From Rhynchopus sp. YZ270_cl-10 (lineage: Eukaryota): DNA of 64,000 nt. The translations under genes and the position numbers were made by a program. The stretch covers positions 434,001 to 498,000 of the forward strand of contig OZ037837.1 of assembly GCA_964035575.1 (NCBI GenBank), written 5' to 3'. Every line of letters starts with the position of its first letter. The first letter of the stretch is position 1. A model generated the notes under the pieces. The model was not told the origin of the DNA, ran no database searches, and worked only from the letters and a program-made list of their open reading frames with translations. Below, one piece after another: positions 11,401 through 23,340 of the stretch.

Positions 11401-12670
11401 GCACCATCCAGGCTGTACCTCAATTTTTTTTTGCCTGCGGCGCCATTTTCCCTTTTTTGCTCCGCAAAAAAGGGTTCGGTGTGTGACTATGTGGTGTAAA
11501 AAGATAGATTTTTACACCGTACCCTAAATTTTTTTCGCCTGCGGCGCCATTTGCAGTGCTCTCAAGATCCTCCACGTAGGGGAGGATATTTCCTCCAGGG
11601 GCTTTTTTTTTTTTTTTTCAGGCTTTTTTGGTGGAGGATTTCCTCCATTTTATTTTTTTTTTTGGCGGGCTCGGGTAGAGGATTATCCTCCTAGGGGTTT
11701 TATAGTGGGGAGTCACTTTGTCTCCCCCGAGGGTGGTGTAAAAGGAAGCATTTTTACACCGTACCCTAATTTTTTTTCGCCTGCGGCGCCATTTATATTA
11801 ATTTTTTTGCTCCGCAAAAAAATAGAGTTGGCAATGTCTTTGGATACCCTTGCATTTTTCAGCCAAAAAATACAACTTGACCAAAGCTGCAAAAATTTTG
11901 TCGTTTTTTTAAAAATAACCCGCCGTTGCATCAGCCCCTGCTTCTGGAAGACGTATTGGTTTTGTACGGTTCGTGGAGCGTATGGTGCAAGAGAAAGGAT
12001 TAGATTTCCGTTTTTTATTATCTCGCAAAATTGACCCGCCTCTCCGCTCTGTGGCTGTCAGGGAGGCGCGCGCGAAGCGCGCGACGACCGCTTGTTGCGG
12101 GGGGGAAAAATTTTTTTTTTGGGGGTTTTTTTGCAAAAATAAAATCCTCCTCATTTCGAAAATTCTGCTTTTTTCGTGGAGGATCTTGAGAGCCCTGGCC
12201 ATTTGTTTGTTTTTTTTTTTTTTGCTCCGCAAAAATCCAGGGTCCTAGCTTGGTTTTGGAAAAAAATGCCAAATCTGGGTCAGAATTTTTTTTTTGGGTC
12301 AGCAGAGGTTTTGGGCCTTGGGGGGCTTGTCTTGGCTTTTTTGGGTTTTCCGAGCTCTACCCTCACTGTGGTGGGGTCATTTCAGAAAAATGGACAAGTT
12401 CTTGACTGATACAAATTTTGGCCACTACGACTAGTGAGTTGCTCACAACGTTAAGTGGAACGCTACTATAACCATAAAAATCACTCCCCGTTCATAGATC
12501 ACCCAACACAAAATATATAAAATGGCGCCGCAGGCGAAAAAAATTAGGGTACGGTGTAAAAATGTAGCTTTTTACACCACAGAGTCACTCTACGAACCCT
12601 TTTTTGCGGAGCAAAAAAGGAAAAATGGCGCCGCAGGCAAAAAAAATTGGGTCCAGCCCTGGACGGCGCC
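11401..12670. mobile_element. MITE-like region bounded by ~170-bp inverted repeats
   Basis: 11401-11572 and 12520-12670 are inverted. Much of 11400-12200 recurs inverted at ~56190-56950. No TSD identified. Confidence 0.55.
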
Positions 12671-13470
12671 GGATTTTTTTGTCGATATTTTTTTCTTACC
12701 CCAGAAAAGGTGGTGGGCCCCCCAAAGAGGGGAAAAAATCAGAATTTCCCAATTTCCAAATTAATTAATTCCCTTTTTTTTTTTTTTTCGTGGGTCGCGA
12801 CCCAGGCACTTGGGTCAGCTTGACCCACTGACCCAGGCAAGCTAGGACTCTGAAAAATCCCTATCAGGGCATTATATAGGTTTCGGGGGTTTTCGCTGAA
12901 ACTCGGTCAAAACTCGGTCGAGCCCGGGCGCGCTTCGCGCGCCCGGGTCCCCACCTTAGCTCAAGTTGGGGGCCTCCGGCGGAATGTGAGAATTCCTCGG
13001 AGTTCGGCACTTCATTTATATTTGTGCCAGGCACACGTGGTACACGAATTATCAGTAACCTCAGTACATTCACAAAAGAAACGGCGGTCATGGCACCCAA
13101 GCGAAGCCACCGTACGCAACATTTCTAAAAAATGTTGACATAAATGTCACTGTCGTTGGTAATTATCGTCAGTTTCCGTAAATTTTACTTCCATATTTTG
13201 CTGAAACAAAAGTTTCTGGCGAAGCCACGCAACATTTCAAAAAAATGCGTAGAAGGTTGGCTGCAAGCTTGCGCCGCAGGCGCACGGTACGCTACTTTTT
13301 TATTTTCGTCGTGCTGCATGCTTCGTTTTCCTTCGGCGTTTGACCAATCGAGTCGCGTTCTGGCTGTGACGGGGTCACTTTGTTCATGAGGCCATTTCTG
13401 GTCACTCTCAGAGGCTCGTGTGAGGTACCAAAGAAAACCGATTTTTTCCCCCAAGATTTATCATTTTTTT

Positions 13471-14073
13471 TATCGTGCAATTGTTGACTCGTGTACAAAT
13501 CCTTCAGGAAGAACCAAAAATTATAATCTGGGAGCGTGTAATTATTACCAAGCGTGTAATTATGAATCGTTAGCGATTTGCGACCAAAAATGTCAGCCGT
13601 GTAATTATGGGTAATAATTACACGCTCAAACCCACTTTTGGTGATCCTAAGTCGCCAAAGGGAAAGGGACTCTGCAAAAATTTTTTCCCCCCCTATAAGG
13701 GTTAATTTCGACGATTTGAGCCCATTCAAAGCAAAATTTGACCCATTTGAGCAGTTCTAGGCCCCTCAAACACGTTTTTGATTATCCGCCAAAAAAAAAA
13801 AAAAATCCCGGAAAAACACACCGGAAACCTCAACTTCACGCTTCGCATCGTCCAAGGATAGACAGTTGTTACCAACTTGTTGAAATGTGATTCCCAACCC
13901 CAAACCAAGAATGATCACAAATAATTATACCCTCTCCCACTTTTTCGGTTCAACATCCATACTTCGGCACATTTCCCATACACCCCACATACACACTCCC
14001 ATCATCGACATACAGTGACTGGAGGGTGACGGGGACTCGCCGGATTTGTACACTCGTCAAAAATTGCACGATA
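13471..14073. mobile_element. Small inverted-repeat element with GTGTAATTAT subrepeats
   Basis: TATCGTGCAATTGTTGACTCGTGTACAAATCC is matched imperfectly, inverted, at 14042-14073. Confidence 0.55.
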
Positions 14074-14934
14074 AAAAAAAAACTAATTATGTGAAATTAT
14101 TACCAGATAATTACACTTAGGTGTGTTTTTTGTCACTTGTTCCCTAAACCCACTCGCTTCGCTCGTGGGTTTAGGTCACTCGTGACAAAAAACACACCTG
14201 CGTGTAATTATGGGGTAATAATTACCCAATAATTATATATCAGTCAATAATTGAGCCACCGGGACTTTTTTCCGTTTTTGTACAGAAAATTTTTTAATTT
14301 CTACTCGTCAAAAAAAATTGTCCGACCCCGCAATTAAAAGATATCGACTCGGAAACCCATCCCCGCTGGGTTTTGAAAACTTTTGGTGTCGTTGGTTCAC
14401 CTCAGATGTGTGAGGGCCTCGACCAAAACCAGTTTTTCCAGTTTTCGGGTATAAGCCTGGGCGGTAGTATTTTACAAAAAAATCCTCAAAATTCAAAAAA
14501 AACTGTTCGAATGGATTCAGATCGTGCAAAACAGTCAAAATATCACTTTTGACAAAGAAAAAAAAGTGATCCTCGCTGTTACGCAGCCACCCTCCTGACC
14601 CCCCTGGAACCTGTTTTTTGTGTGGGGGGTTCCCTGTACAAAGTCTTAAGGGAAGTCTGAAGGGGTACTGGTTGGTGGCCATTTTTTGCCTACAAAAAAT
14701 CGGGAAATTTTTTTTTTTTTTTCGGTTCTCGGGAGTCTGTGCGTGCTGTGATGGCGTCACTTTGCGCTCAGAAATGAGTATTTTTGACCTAAAATGCATG
14801 TGTCAGTTTAGACTGGCTGTACGCCGTTTTCCACGGTGTACAGCCACAACTACCCATGTACAGAAGAATTTTTAACTTCTACTCATTTCCAGAAATCGTG
14901 CGACCCCGCAATTAAAAGATATCGACTCGGAAAT

Positions 14935-15943
14935 CAGGGGTGGGCGGGCACCCTGGGGTTTTTTCCATTTTTTTGGATCGGGCACCCAGGTTTTTTCTAA
15001 GGATTTTTACAGGCAATTTTTGGATTTTTCTGAGAACACGCTGCCCCCTGCCGAAATATGTTCTCGGTTTTCCCTTTTCGGGGTTTTTTTTTTGGCCTTT
15101 TTCGGGTTTTCCGAGCTTTTACCCTCACTGTCACGGGGTCATTTTGAAAAAAATGGGCAAGTTCTTGGCTGATACACGTTTTGGTCATTACCACCAGCGA
15201 GTTGCTTAGCGGGGTTAAATTGAACTATGATTCTGGACCCACTGTAACGTGAACCGCCCCCTCGAAATTCAAGAAGGGGTCCTAAACCCGGGCGCGCTAC
15301 GCGCTACGTGCACCCCGAATGTTCGGGATGAATATAAAACGGCGCCGCAGGCGAAAAAAAATTAGGGTACAGTATAAAAAATGCAGCTTTTATACCACAA
15401 AGCCACTCAGCGAATCCTTTTTTGCAGAGCAAAAAAGGGAAAATGGCGCCGCAGGCAAATTTTTTTTAAAGGTGCAGACCTGGGAGGCGCTGAATTATTT
15501 TTCTTTTTCGTTCCTCAGTGCCGTCAGGGCCTGCCCAAGTGCGCCAACGCAATGCACTTTGCTACCACCGTGGTGGCGAGCACTTGCAGCACTGCAAGAG
15601 GCAAGGTTCCCTCGACGTTTGCAGTCACACGCACCATACTGTATTATTATTTATTCTGTTGTGCGGGAGGTGAAAGGGACGAGACCGAAGGAAGCGGGGT
15701 GGAGACTTTTTTTGTTCATTATGGCTTGGTACCGCACTCCCGGGCAGAGTGCGAGTTATTCTCAGCCACACGGGGCCCGGCCCGACCCCCCAGACTTTTT
15801 CCCCTAAGAAAAACCCTTAGAAAAATAAATTTTCCCCGTATAAAATCCTTAGAAAAAATAATTTTTCCCCCGTGTAAAATCCTTAGAAAAAATAAAATAA
15901 AATCAAAATCGGGCCCCGGGCACCCACTTTAGGCCCAGGCCTG
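14935..15943. mobile_element. hAT MITE with 8-bp TSD
   Basis: Ends CAGGGGTGGGC and GCCCAGGCCTG. TCGGAAAT at 14927-14934 and 15944-15951. A related uninterrupted site lies near 14348-14370. Confidence 0.8.
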
Positions 15944-16063
15944 TCGGAAATCCATCCCCGCAGGGTTTTAATTTTTTTAAAAAATTTCGGTGCGTCGCAT
16001 TCATGCAATTCATTTCCGACTTTTTGGGATTCACCAATCTGGAGTTCATAAAAATTTTTTTTT

Positions 16064-17983
16064 GGGAAATAGTCAGATTTACCCTACCCTATTTTGAAAA
16101 AGTTCAGACTTGCCCGAAATAAGTTCAGACTTGCCCTAAAAGTGTTTTTAGGGCAAGTCTGAACTTATTTCGGGCAAGTCTGAACTTATTTTTAGGGAAA
16201 ACACTTTTTTTAGGGCAAGTCTGAACTTTTTTAGGGCAAGTCTGAACTTTTTTAGGGCAACCCTGCACTTATTTATTGGGCAAGCTGGGGGCTCTTGGGT
16301 TACAGAGCCCGGCGGTCGTCGTTTTTGCGTTTCTGTTTAGGGCACGTATGGGCTATTCGCGACGAGTCCTGGTAGTGAAATGAGCAACCTATGGTATGGA
16401 GCTTTTTTTCCATGCAACTGAATTTCCTCGTGTCCAGGACACCCCACTTTCCGAGCAAAATTAAATAATGACACAAATGGGAGGGGAAAACCCTCTGACC
16501 TTTATCATCACTCTAAAAAACTCTCAGGTACCGCACCGCAGTACCGCACCACGATCCGAGACCCGTACAGAACAGAGACCAGAAAAAAGACTTCCGCACC
16601 CAAACGCGACTCCTCATAGAACACGACGTAGTAGTAACAAAAAAAAAATACCGATTACTGCAGTAAGTACAAAGCCTTTGGGCGACATTGTACAGGTCCT
16701 ACATCATGTACGTAAAATTGTCGATACAACCAAAGAAAAGCATAGTGGTGCACCCTCGGGTGTCTGCACTACTGCAACAACTATTTCTATAGCTACAGTT
16801 TCCCCACCTCTACCTTTAACTTTTTATACGAGGATGTAATTCTCCGGGATTACTCCGCGATTGTCGTCACAACAAAAAAGTCCAGAGGACTTGTTGGTCG
16901 CCTTACTCATTTGGATCAACGGTATGTATATGCTACTCATTACAATGTTAGCCACTTCTATTGCCAGACACCGGGGCAAATAGTAAGTGCAAGAAAACTG
17001 CTTTTTGGAAACCAGGAAAACATGATGGACACTCCACTCCACGTGCGGACATGTTTGGCACTTCTGCATGCGTGCAGTATCCAAATGTGTCCCCGTGGGA
17101 ACAAAGTGATAAAGATGTGTCCACTGTGTACAGGGAAAAAACTTTGCGCTCCCCCGGACAGTGCACAATTCAACCCCTTGTGGGTGGTCTTGTTGCCTTT
17201 TGGAACAACAACAATTTTTCCACGTTGTTGCATTTTGGCCAGGCATGCTCTTGAAAGCATGACAATTTGATTGCGTATGGACAAAGCAAATAACCAAGTA
17301 TGAATTCTGAGTTGAAATGTGAGAGATGTTGTGGGAAGGGGAGTTCGCTCCTTTCAACGATGATCTCGTTGTTCTTCAATAGGCATGTCTTAACCGACCA
17401 CATAAATAAAATTGTGCCGGCCTCGAAGGATTCTAAGCAAACCCGCGTGGTAGCTAAACACTGACTCTCTCTCAATTCAACAAAGAAGGAATACTTGGTA
17501 ATTTGTGGAGCACCCGTGCATGAAAATTGTAAAACTTTGCGCCCCACGTTGCCCCAGAACACGGCTTCCTTTGTAACCGGTTCTGGCCCAACGTGGACTG
17601 CCTGTTCACCCTTTCCGGGTGGCTGGTGGTTTCTGGCATCAATTTTTGGGCTCCGGCTCGGTTAGGCATTTTAGGGCAATAAAACAAGTCATACCACATG
17701 GGGCCCCAAGAGTGCCCCAGCCAAAGTGGCCTGACTTGTTGCCCTAAAATAAGTTCAGACTTACCCTAAAAATAAGTTCAGACTTGCCCTAAAAAAGTTC
17801 AGACTTGCCCTAAAAAAGTTCAGACTTGCCCTAAAAAAAGTGTTTGCCCTAAAAATAAGTTCAGACTTGCCCTAAAAACACTTTTAGGGCAAGTCTGAAC
17901 TTATTTTCGGGCAAGTCTGAACTTTTTCATAGGGCAAGTCTGAACTTTTTCAAAATAGGGTAGGGTAAGTCTGACTATCTCCC
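16064..17983. mobile_element. Mutator-like foldback element with AAGTTCAGACTTGCCC subrepeat arms
   Basis: GGGA(A/G)ATAGTCAGA(T/C)TTACCCTACCCTATTTTGAAAAAG is inverted at both ends and flanked by T9 runs, compatible with a 9-bp TSD. Internal 17160-17270 resembles the reverse complement of 2575-2670. Confidence 0.8.
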
Positions 17984-20493
17984 TTTTTTTTTTATTTTTA
18001 TTTTTATTTCTTTGCATTCCGCTGCTCAAAATCTTTCAATTGCGGGGTCGGACAATTTTTTTTGCCGATCAGTTTTTTGTTCAACGAACCTTGGGAGAAA
18101 AGTCCCGGTGGTTCAGTTATTGACTGATATATATTTTTTTAAATTTGGCCTGACCGAGTTTTAGTTAAGGCTTGCTGTAAACTCGGTCAGGCTGACCGAG
18201 TTTTACCCCACTATATAATCCCCTGATCCCTATGTTCCCAATGTCCCTGGTCAGCAGTGCTGAAAAAATTTTGGCACAAAAACAAGCTGACCCCCCAATC
18301 TTCCAACGACAGTGACACTGAGTGCCCTACCTATTAAATTTTTTTTCAAAACTCAGCGACAGCACTGACCACGTGTGCCTGGTGCAAATATCAATGAAGT
18401 GCCGAACTCCGAGAAATTCTCACATTCCGCCGGAGGCCCCCAACTTGAGCTAAGGGCTCGCCACACCTCTACCAAAACCCGCAAAACCGCAAAATCTCAC
18501 CTATTTTCAGAGTTAGGTGAGAAGCTGGGAAACACTGGAAAAAAAAGAAAAAAAGAAGGGTGGGATTTATCCTAATGATTTATTGGAGCTGCGTTTCACC
18601 ACGTTTCAAGTACTCTTTATTGTGTCTTGTTTGCAATATATGAGGGGAGCATGCCCCGCCAACGGAGGGGAGATGCCCCGCCAACGCGGGGGAGAAAGCT
18701 CGGAATGGGTTTTTTTTCTGGAAAAATTTTTTTTTCCCGGAGAAAAATTCTGGATCCAGTTTTTGAAAATTTTCCAAAAAAATCCCGATTTAGGATATGG
18801 CCTGCCCCCTCGAAATGAAAAACCCAAATCCTAGAAAAAACACTGACGGGGGGGAAAAAAGTAAAAGTTGTTTGTTGTTCGCTTCCACATTTTTTTTTCT
18901 TCGACTTGATTTACGATATGGTTGTGTTTGCCTGAAGTACAGAAAGTGTCGTGGAGCACAGGGGGGAAAAGAGGGGGAAACAAGCGGGGAGCGGGATACG
19001 CAGACGCGCGACTTTTCACGAGGGTCTCGAGCATTTTGTCAAATACTACGTGTTTACTAAAAAAAAATACTTTTTCCTGAAAGTACAGAAAAGATATGAA
19101 GTGCACAGTCATGGCCACAATGAACAAACTTTAACCGCTCCACCCCAAAAGTCACACTCACAGCTGAGGAGTGTTTAATTGTTTCAACCGGTTGGTGGAG
19201 GACCTTACCGGCAGCCTTCAGCCGTGGTTGATGAAACGACGTCCCTCTAGCTTTGTGTTGCAGAAGTGTTTCGCTGTTGATGGACTGATGGGTGCTATGG
19301 TGTGCCATGTGGGTTGTGTATGAGGTCTCGGGGAGTAAACAGGAACAAGGAGAGCGGGAATGGTAACTACAATATTATTACAAAAAAAAGGAGTTATGAA
19401 CCCGGAAACATCCTCAATACGTTGCAAAAAGGGGGGGAGTGGCTTTTTTGTGTTGTTGCATTACAAAGTGCAGAAAACAATGTGAAAAGGGTCGAACCAC
19501 GTATGAAATACAGTGGATGATACACATTTTTTGTTCGCTTTTTTATTCAGTACTTTATTGATGAAACAAAGAAACGTTTGTCGAGATGAACCTCAGCCGT
19601 GCTTCGTCACCTCACAACTCATACACATGTCGCAGACTGCTGTACTCTTGTCTATTTTTTGATCACCCTGTTGTGCAGTCACCACCCAACCCATTCCGCT
19701 TCGAAATAACTCCTTCAATGCCCCCCACCCCCGCCCCCTCAGTTCTCCATTTATTGCATCCATCTTCGTCCGTACTTCAGGTAAAAATAAACTCATGTTT
19801 GTGGAGGTGAATAAATAGCTCTTCCTGAAAGTGAGTCACTCCGCACCTCATGCTAAATGGCAAATAAACGTTTCATTGTGTTTTCCTTTCCTATTTATTC
19901 AAACCCCCAAAAGACCCGAAAACCCCGCACATCCTGAAGTAAGGTACACCCTCATCCTAATTAGGAACCCACCCTTGCCCTTACCTTTTATCACCCAAAC
20001 CCCAAAGAATCATCAACGGAATGTCGCCACGCAATAGTGAATTCCAACGGGGTCGGTTCATTCATTACTGGTGGTAAGTGGATTGATTACGTTGCAAAAA
20101 ATAGATCTCAAATATCAGTATTCCCACACACCCAGCCAACCCTCTCAAATCCTCCCAATTGTATCTTATCCAACTCATCCCAACAAACCCCACCACCTCA
20201 CTCTGTCACTCCCTCCCAAAAAGACAAACCCCCTTTTGTGCTTCACTCCTTCTTTTCTTCCCTTCCCACCCTTTTTGCTAGTGTCGTTCTCAGCAGCAGC
20301 AACAGCAATGGTGTCGTCAGTTGGCGGTGCATAAGTCGCACCTGTTTCGCTTGACAGGGTTGCACCACGTTCTCCTTGCAGACCTGCTCAGCCTCTGCCA
20401 CATGGGCACCTCAGGCATGCTTCAGGCATAGTGCAGAGCAGCTGTGCAGCAGACGAGAAGATGCACAACAACAACTGCTGCAAAGCGAGCTTC

Positions 20494-22311
20494 TCAATTG
20501 CGTAAGTGATCAGGCAGACTCCTGAGTACTGCACCGCTACACTTGTCCTTTCCATGTAAGGTCTTCAACTCTGTGCACCCATCCAAGAAGAAGCTTCCGA
20601 TGTCGGTGACAGCTTGTAATGCGCTCAAATCAACTGTTGACAATGATGTGCACCCTTGGAGGAACCCCTCCCCAATCCAGGTGACACCTTGTAATACACT
20701 CAAATCAACTGTCGACAATGATGTGCACCCTTTGAGGAACGCATCCCCAACCTCGGTGACACCTTGTAATCCACTCAAATCAACTGTCGTCAATGATGTG
20801 CACCTTTGGAGGAACCCCTCCCCAATCGAGGTGACACCTTGGAATGCACTCAGATCAACTGTTGACAATGATGTGCACCCTTCGAGGAACTCGTGCTCAA
20901 TCGAGGTGACACCGTTTAATGCACTCAAATCAACTGTCAACAACGATGTGCATTCGGCGAGGAAGTCCTCCCCAACCTCGGTGACACCTTGTAATGCACT
21001 CAAATCAACTGTCTTCAATGATGTGCACCCGCAGAGGAACCCATCCCCAATCGAGGTGACACCTTGCAATCCACTCAGATCAACTGTCCTCAATGATTTG
21101 CACCACATGAGGAAGCAGTCCCCAATCGAGGTGACAGCTCGTAATGCACTCAGGTTAACTGTCCTCAACGATCTGCACCCGAAGAGGAACCATTTCCCAA
21201 TTGAGGTGACACCTTGCAATCCACTAAGATCAACTCTCTTTAATGATGTGCACTCCATGAGGAACGCGTTCCCAATCGAGGTGACAGATAGTAACCCACG
21301 CACGTCGAGTGCAGTCAAAGCCTCGCATTTATTAAGAAAGTCGTCTCCAATCGCAACCAAAGCAGATGCGTAACTGATATCAATGCACGTCACATCAGTT
21401 TCCTTGAAGAAGTTGTCTGGAATCGCAGTCGCAGCTCCTGCCTGGAGGAGCAAGCAAGCCAACTTCGGATCACTGCGTTCATCAGTCACCTGCTTCAACC
21501 TTTCTTCTGTAAGTGTCTCACCCAACTCACGAAGTGCTGATATGGCATTGTGCACCTTCACATGCAAAACAAACACTGACTTCTGGGCAAGGGCATCATG
21601 CACGTTCGAAACAGGCAGTTTCAGGGAAACCGTTGTGTGTGGGCCTGCAGCACCCACGAGGCGGTGGCGGTCTCCACTCGCTGCCATGATGTTGATGTTC
21701 CGCACAACGGCCTGCGACTCCGTGACCGCACGCAGCACCTGGTCGTCCCCAAGCTGGCACACCGCCTCGCACTCAGCAATCACGCGTCTTGCCTTCGCAA
21801 CAAACATCTTCAGCGCACACACCTCCCCTTCACGACTGAGTGCCTGTGTGAGGAAGCTCCGTGCCACCTCCTCCTCACACACGACTTCGCTGCGCGACAC
21901 ATCTTCACGCATCACGAGGTGCCCGACGTGTGTCTGCAGGATAAGGTCTTTGTACATGTCCTCAGTGAGTGGGAGTGCCTCAAGCACACGGCACTTCTTC
22001 TTTGCAGCAGTCTGCTGTGCTGTCAGGTATGTCACGTGCGAGTGGAGGATATCACGCTGGCGTTTCATGTAGTCTGTGATGTCAACTGTCTCGTGTCCCG
22101 CATGTGTGTCGCAACGGGAACAGAGCATGCAGATCAACGCGTCTCCACACGCAGGGTCTTTACAGACGAGGCTCAGCTTCTGTCCTGGGTGCTGTGCACA
22201 CTTAGCAGTGTCGCAGTTCCTCGCAGCCGCCACCAAGACCTCGTCTGCAGAAAGCTTTCTCTTTTTTGGTGCCTTCTCGCTTAGTGTACTGTCTGTGTGT
22301 CGCTTCGACAT
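20494..22311 (-). CDS. B-box zinc finger / coiled-coil / leucine-rich-repeat protein (605 aa)
   Basis: B-box CAQHPGQKLSLVCKDPACGDALICMLCSRCDTHAGH, NLS-like PKKRK, a helical region, then ten 25-aa LRRs of consensus CTSLxTVDLSxLQGVTxIGxxFLxx. Confidence 0.9.
   Translation of the reverse strand: MSKRHTDSTLSEKAPKKRKLSADEVLVAAARNCDTAKCAQHPGQKLSLVCKDPACGDALICMLCSRCDTHAGHETVDITDYMKRQRDILHSHVTYLTAQQTAAKKKCRVLEALPLTEDMYKDLILQTHVGHLVMREDVSRSEVVCEEEVARSFLTQALSREGEVCALKMFVAKARRVIAECEAVCQLGDDQVLRAVTESQAVVRNINIMAASGDRHRLVGAAGPHTTVSLKLPVSNVHDALAQKSVFVLHVKVHNAISALRELGETLTEERLKQVTDERSDPKLACLLLQAGAATAIPDNFFKETDVTCIDISYASALVAIGDDFLNKCEALTALDVRGLLSVTSIGNAFLMECTSLKRVDLSGLQGVTSIGKWFLFGCRSLRTVNLSALRAVTSIGDCFLMWCKSLRTVDLSGLQGVTSIGDGFLCGCTSLKTVDLSALQGVTEVGEDFLAECTSLLTVDLSALNGVTSIEHEFLEGCTSLSTVDLSAFQGVTSIGEGFLQRCTSLTTVDLSGLQGVTEVGDAFLKGCTSLSTVDLSVLQGVTWIGEGFLQGCTSLSTVDLSALQAVTDIGSFFLDGCTELKTLHGKDKCSGAVLRSLPDHLRN
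20578..21327 (-). repeat. Ten 75-bp coding tandem repeats (LRR cassettes)
   Basis: CAAATCAACTGT..AATGATGTGCAC..GAGGAAC..CCCAATCGAGGTGACACC recurs every 75 bp. Confidence 0.9.
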
Positions 22312-23340
22312 GGTTTTTGAGTGTTGTTGATATTCAATGTTGTGTTCTGTATATGCTGCTTTTCTTTGTGGAGGGTGTGGGGTGTGGTGGTGGTGTCCCT
22401 CAACTGCTTCTGAGTACCCTGACTATCCGTGACACCTCTGCACACGTACACTATCCAGAGCTCACACATGACAGATACCACGTCCGTTCCACCTTCCATG
22501 ATGTCCGTCGTGTGATGAATAGCTGCTGGAACCAAACCGGATACGGAGGTAGGCATCAGTGGACAAAGAAAGTTGACTTGAAATACAGCAGCCCTCTCGT
22601 GGCAGCACAACTACCTTGAATCAAAGCTTGATAAATCACGTGGGTGAACAATCCAACCCTTAGACAATTCTGCTTGTCTAGGCTAGGAAGAGCCGACATC
22701 GAAGGATCAAAAAAGCAACGTGATGGACTAACCACGAGGTTGACATGTACAACAAATAAATATCCCCCTGATAGTTGTTGGTGATACAAGCCTGAGATGA
22801 GGCAAGAATGCAAGCAGATGATGCCGCTCGCAAATTGACACAAAAGATGCAATATATGAACGTAAACCTAAAAGTACGTCGGATGGAAACCGGACGTAAA
22901 GTGAAGGTTAAAGTGTAAGGTGTCACGGTTGAAATCAAAACAAAATAAGACGAACTTAAACCCCGCGCGGGCCTCCAATGAAATGCCTCTTGAATGGGAT
23001 AATGGAAAGGGCATTACAAATGGGGTGTACGTACTGCGCAGCTTCACTCACACACGCAGTTCGCGGCACGCTATCGCGTACTCACGACCCTGTGTTAAAA
23101 CTGGCTGCTGCCTGTGAACAAACACATAAAAACTCTTACACACCATTCAGGTAAAAAATATCCGTTTAAGCGCAAGTTACCTAATCCCAGCATTGTCACA
23201 GAAAATTCATTTGTGCGAAGCCAACCCACACCCTATTGTGTGTCTCTGGAAAAAAAAATTATGTTGGCAAAATTCTGATCGTTGTGAACCATCCTTTATG
23301 GCTGCTGTAGGTAGCGTATTCCTATTTACAACTAGCTGAA

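Larger units (their letters stand above)
14234..18133. mobile_element. TIR element in a (TA)n context, hosting two younger insertions
   Basis: TATATATCAGTCAATAA(T/C)TGA(G/A)CCACCGGGACTTTT is inverted at both ends. A second inverted block pairs 14311-14342 with 18031-18062. Another end copy lies near 48675-48715. Confidence 0.7.
12865..18225. mobile_element. hAT MITE (~0.7 kb core) expanded by nested insertions; 8-bp TSD
   Basis: TIR CAGGG(C/G)ATTATATAG. ATCCCTAT at 12857-12864 and 18226-18233. An uninterrupted copy lies at 42634-43335. Confidence 0.9.
6541..18845 (+). mobile_element. hAT DNA transposon, 12.3 kb including nested insertions; 16-bp TIR, 5-bp TSD
   Basis: CAGTGTTTTTTCTAGG at 6541-6556 and its perfect reverse complement at 18830-18845. 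ACGGG directly flanks both ends (6536-6540, 18846-18850). Contains the hAT transposase. Confidence 0.8.

Noticed and set aside
18930..19560. Other SL-like snippets (TTTCTGTACTTCAG on minus ~18933-18946; GTACTTTATTG at 19550-19560)
   Set aside because: Short matches with no TSD, tail or downstream element; compatible with chance in AT-rich DNA.
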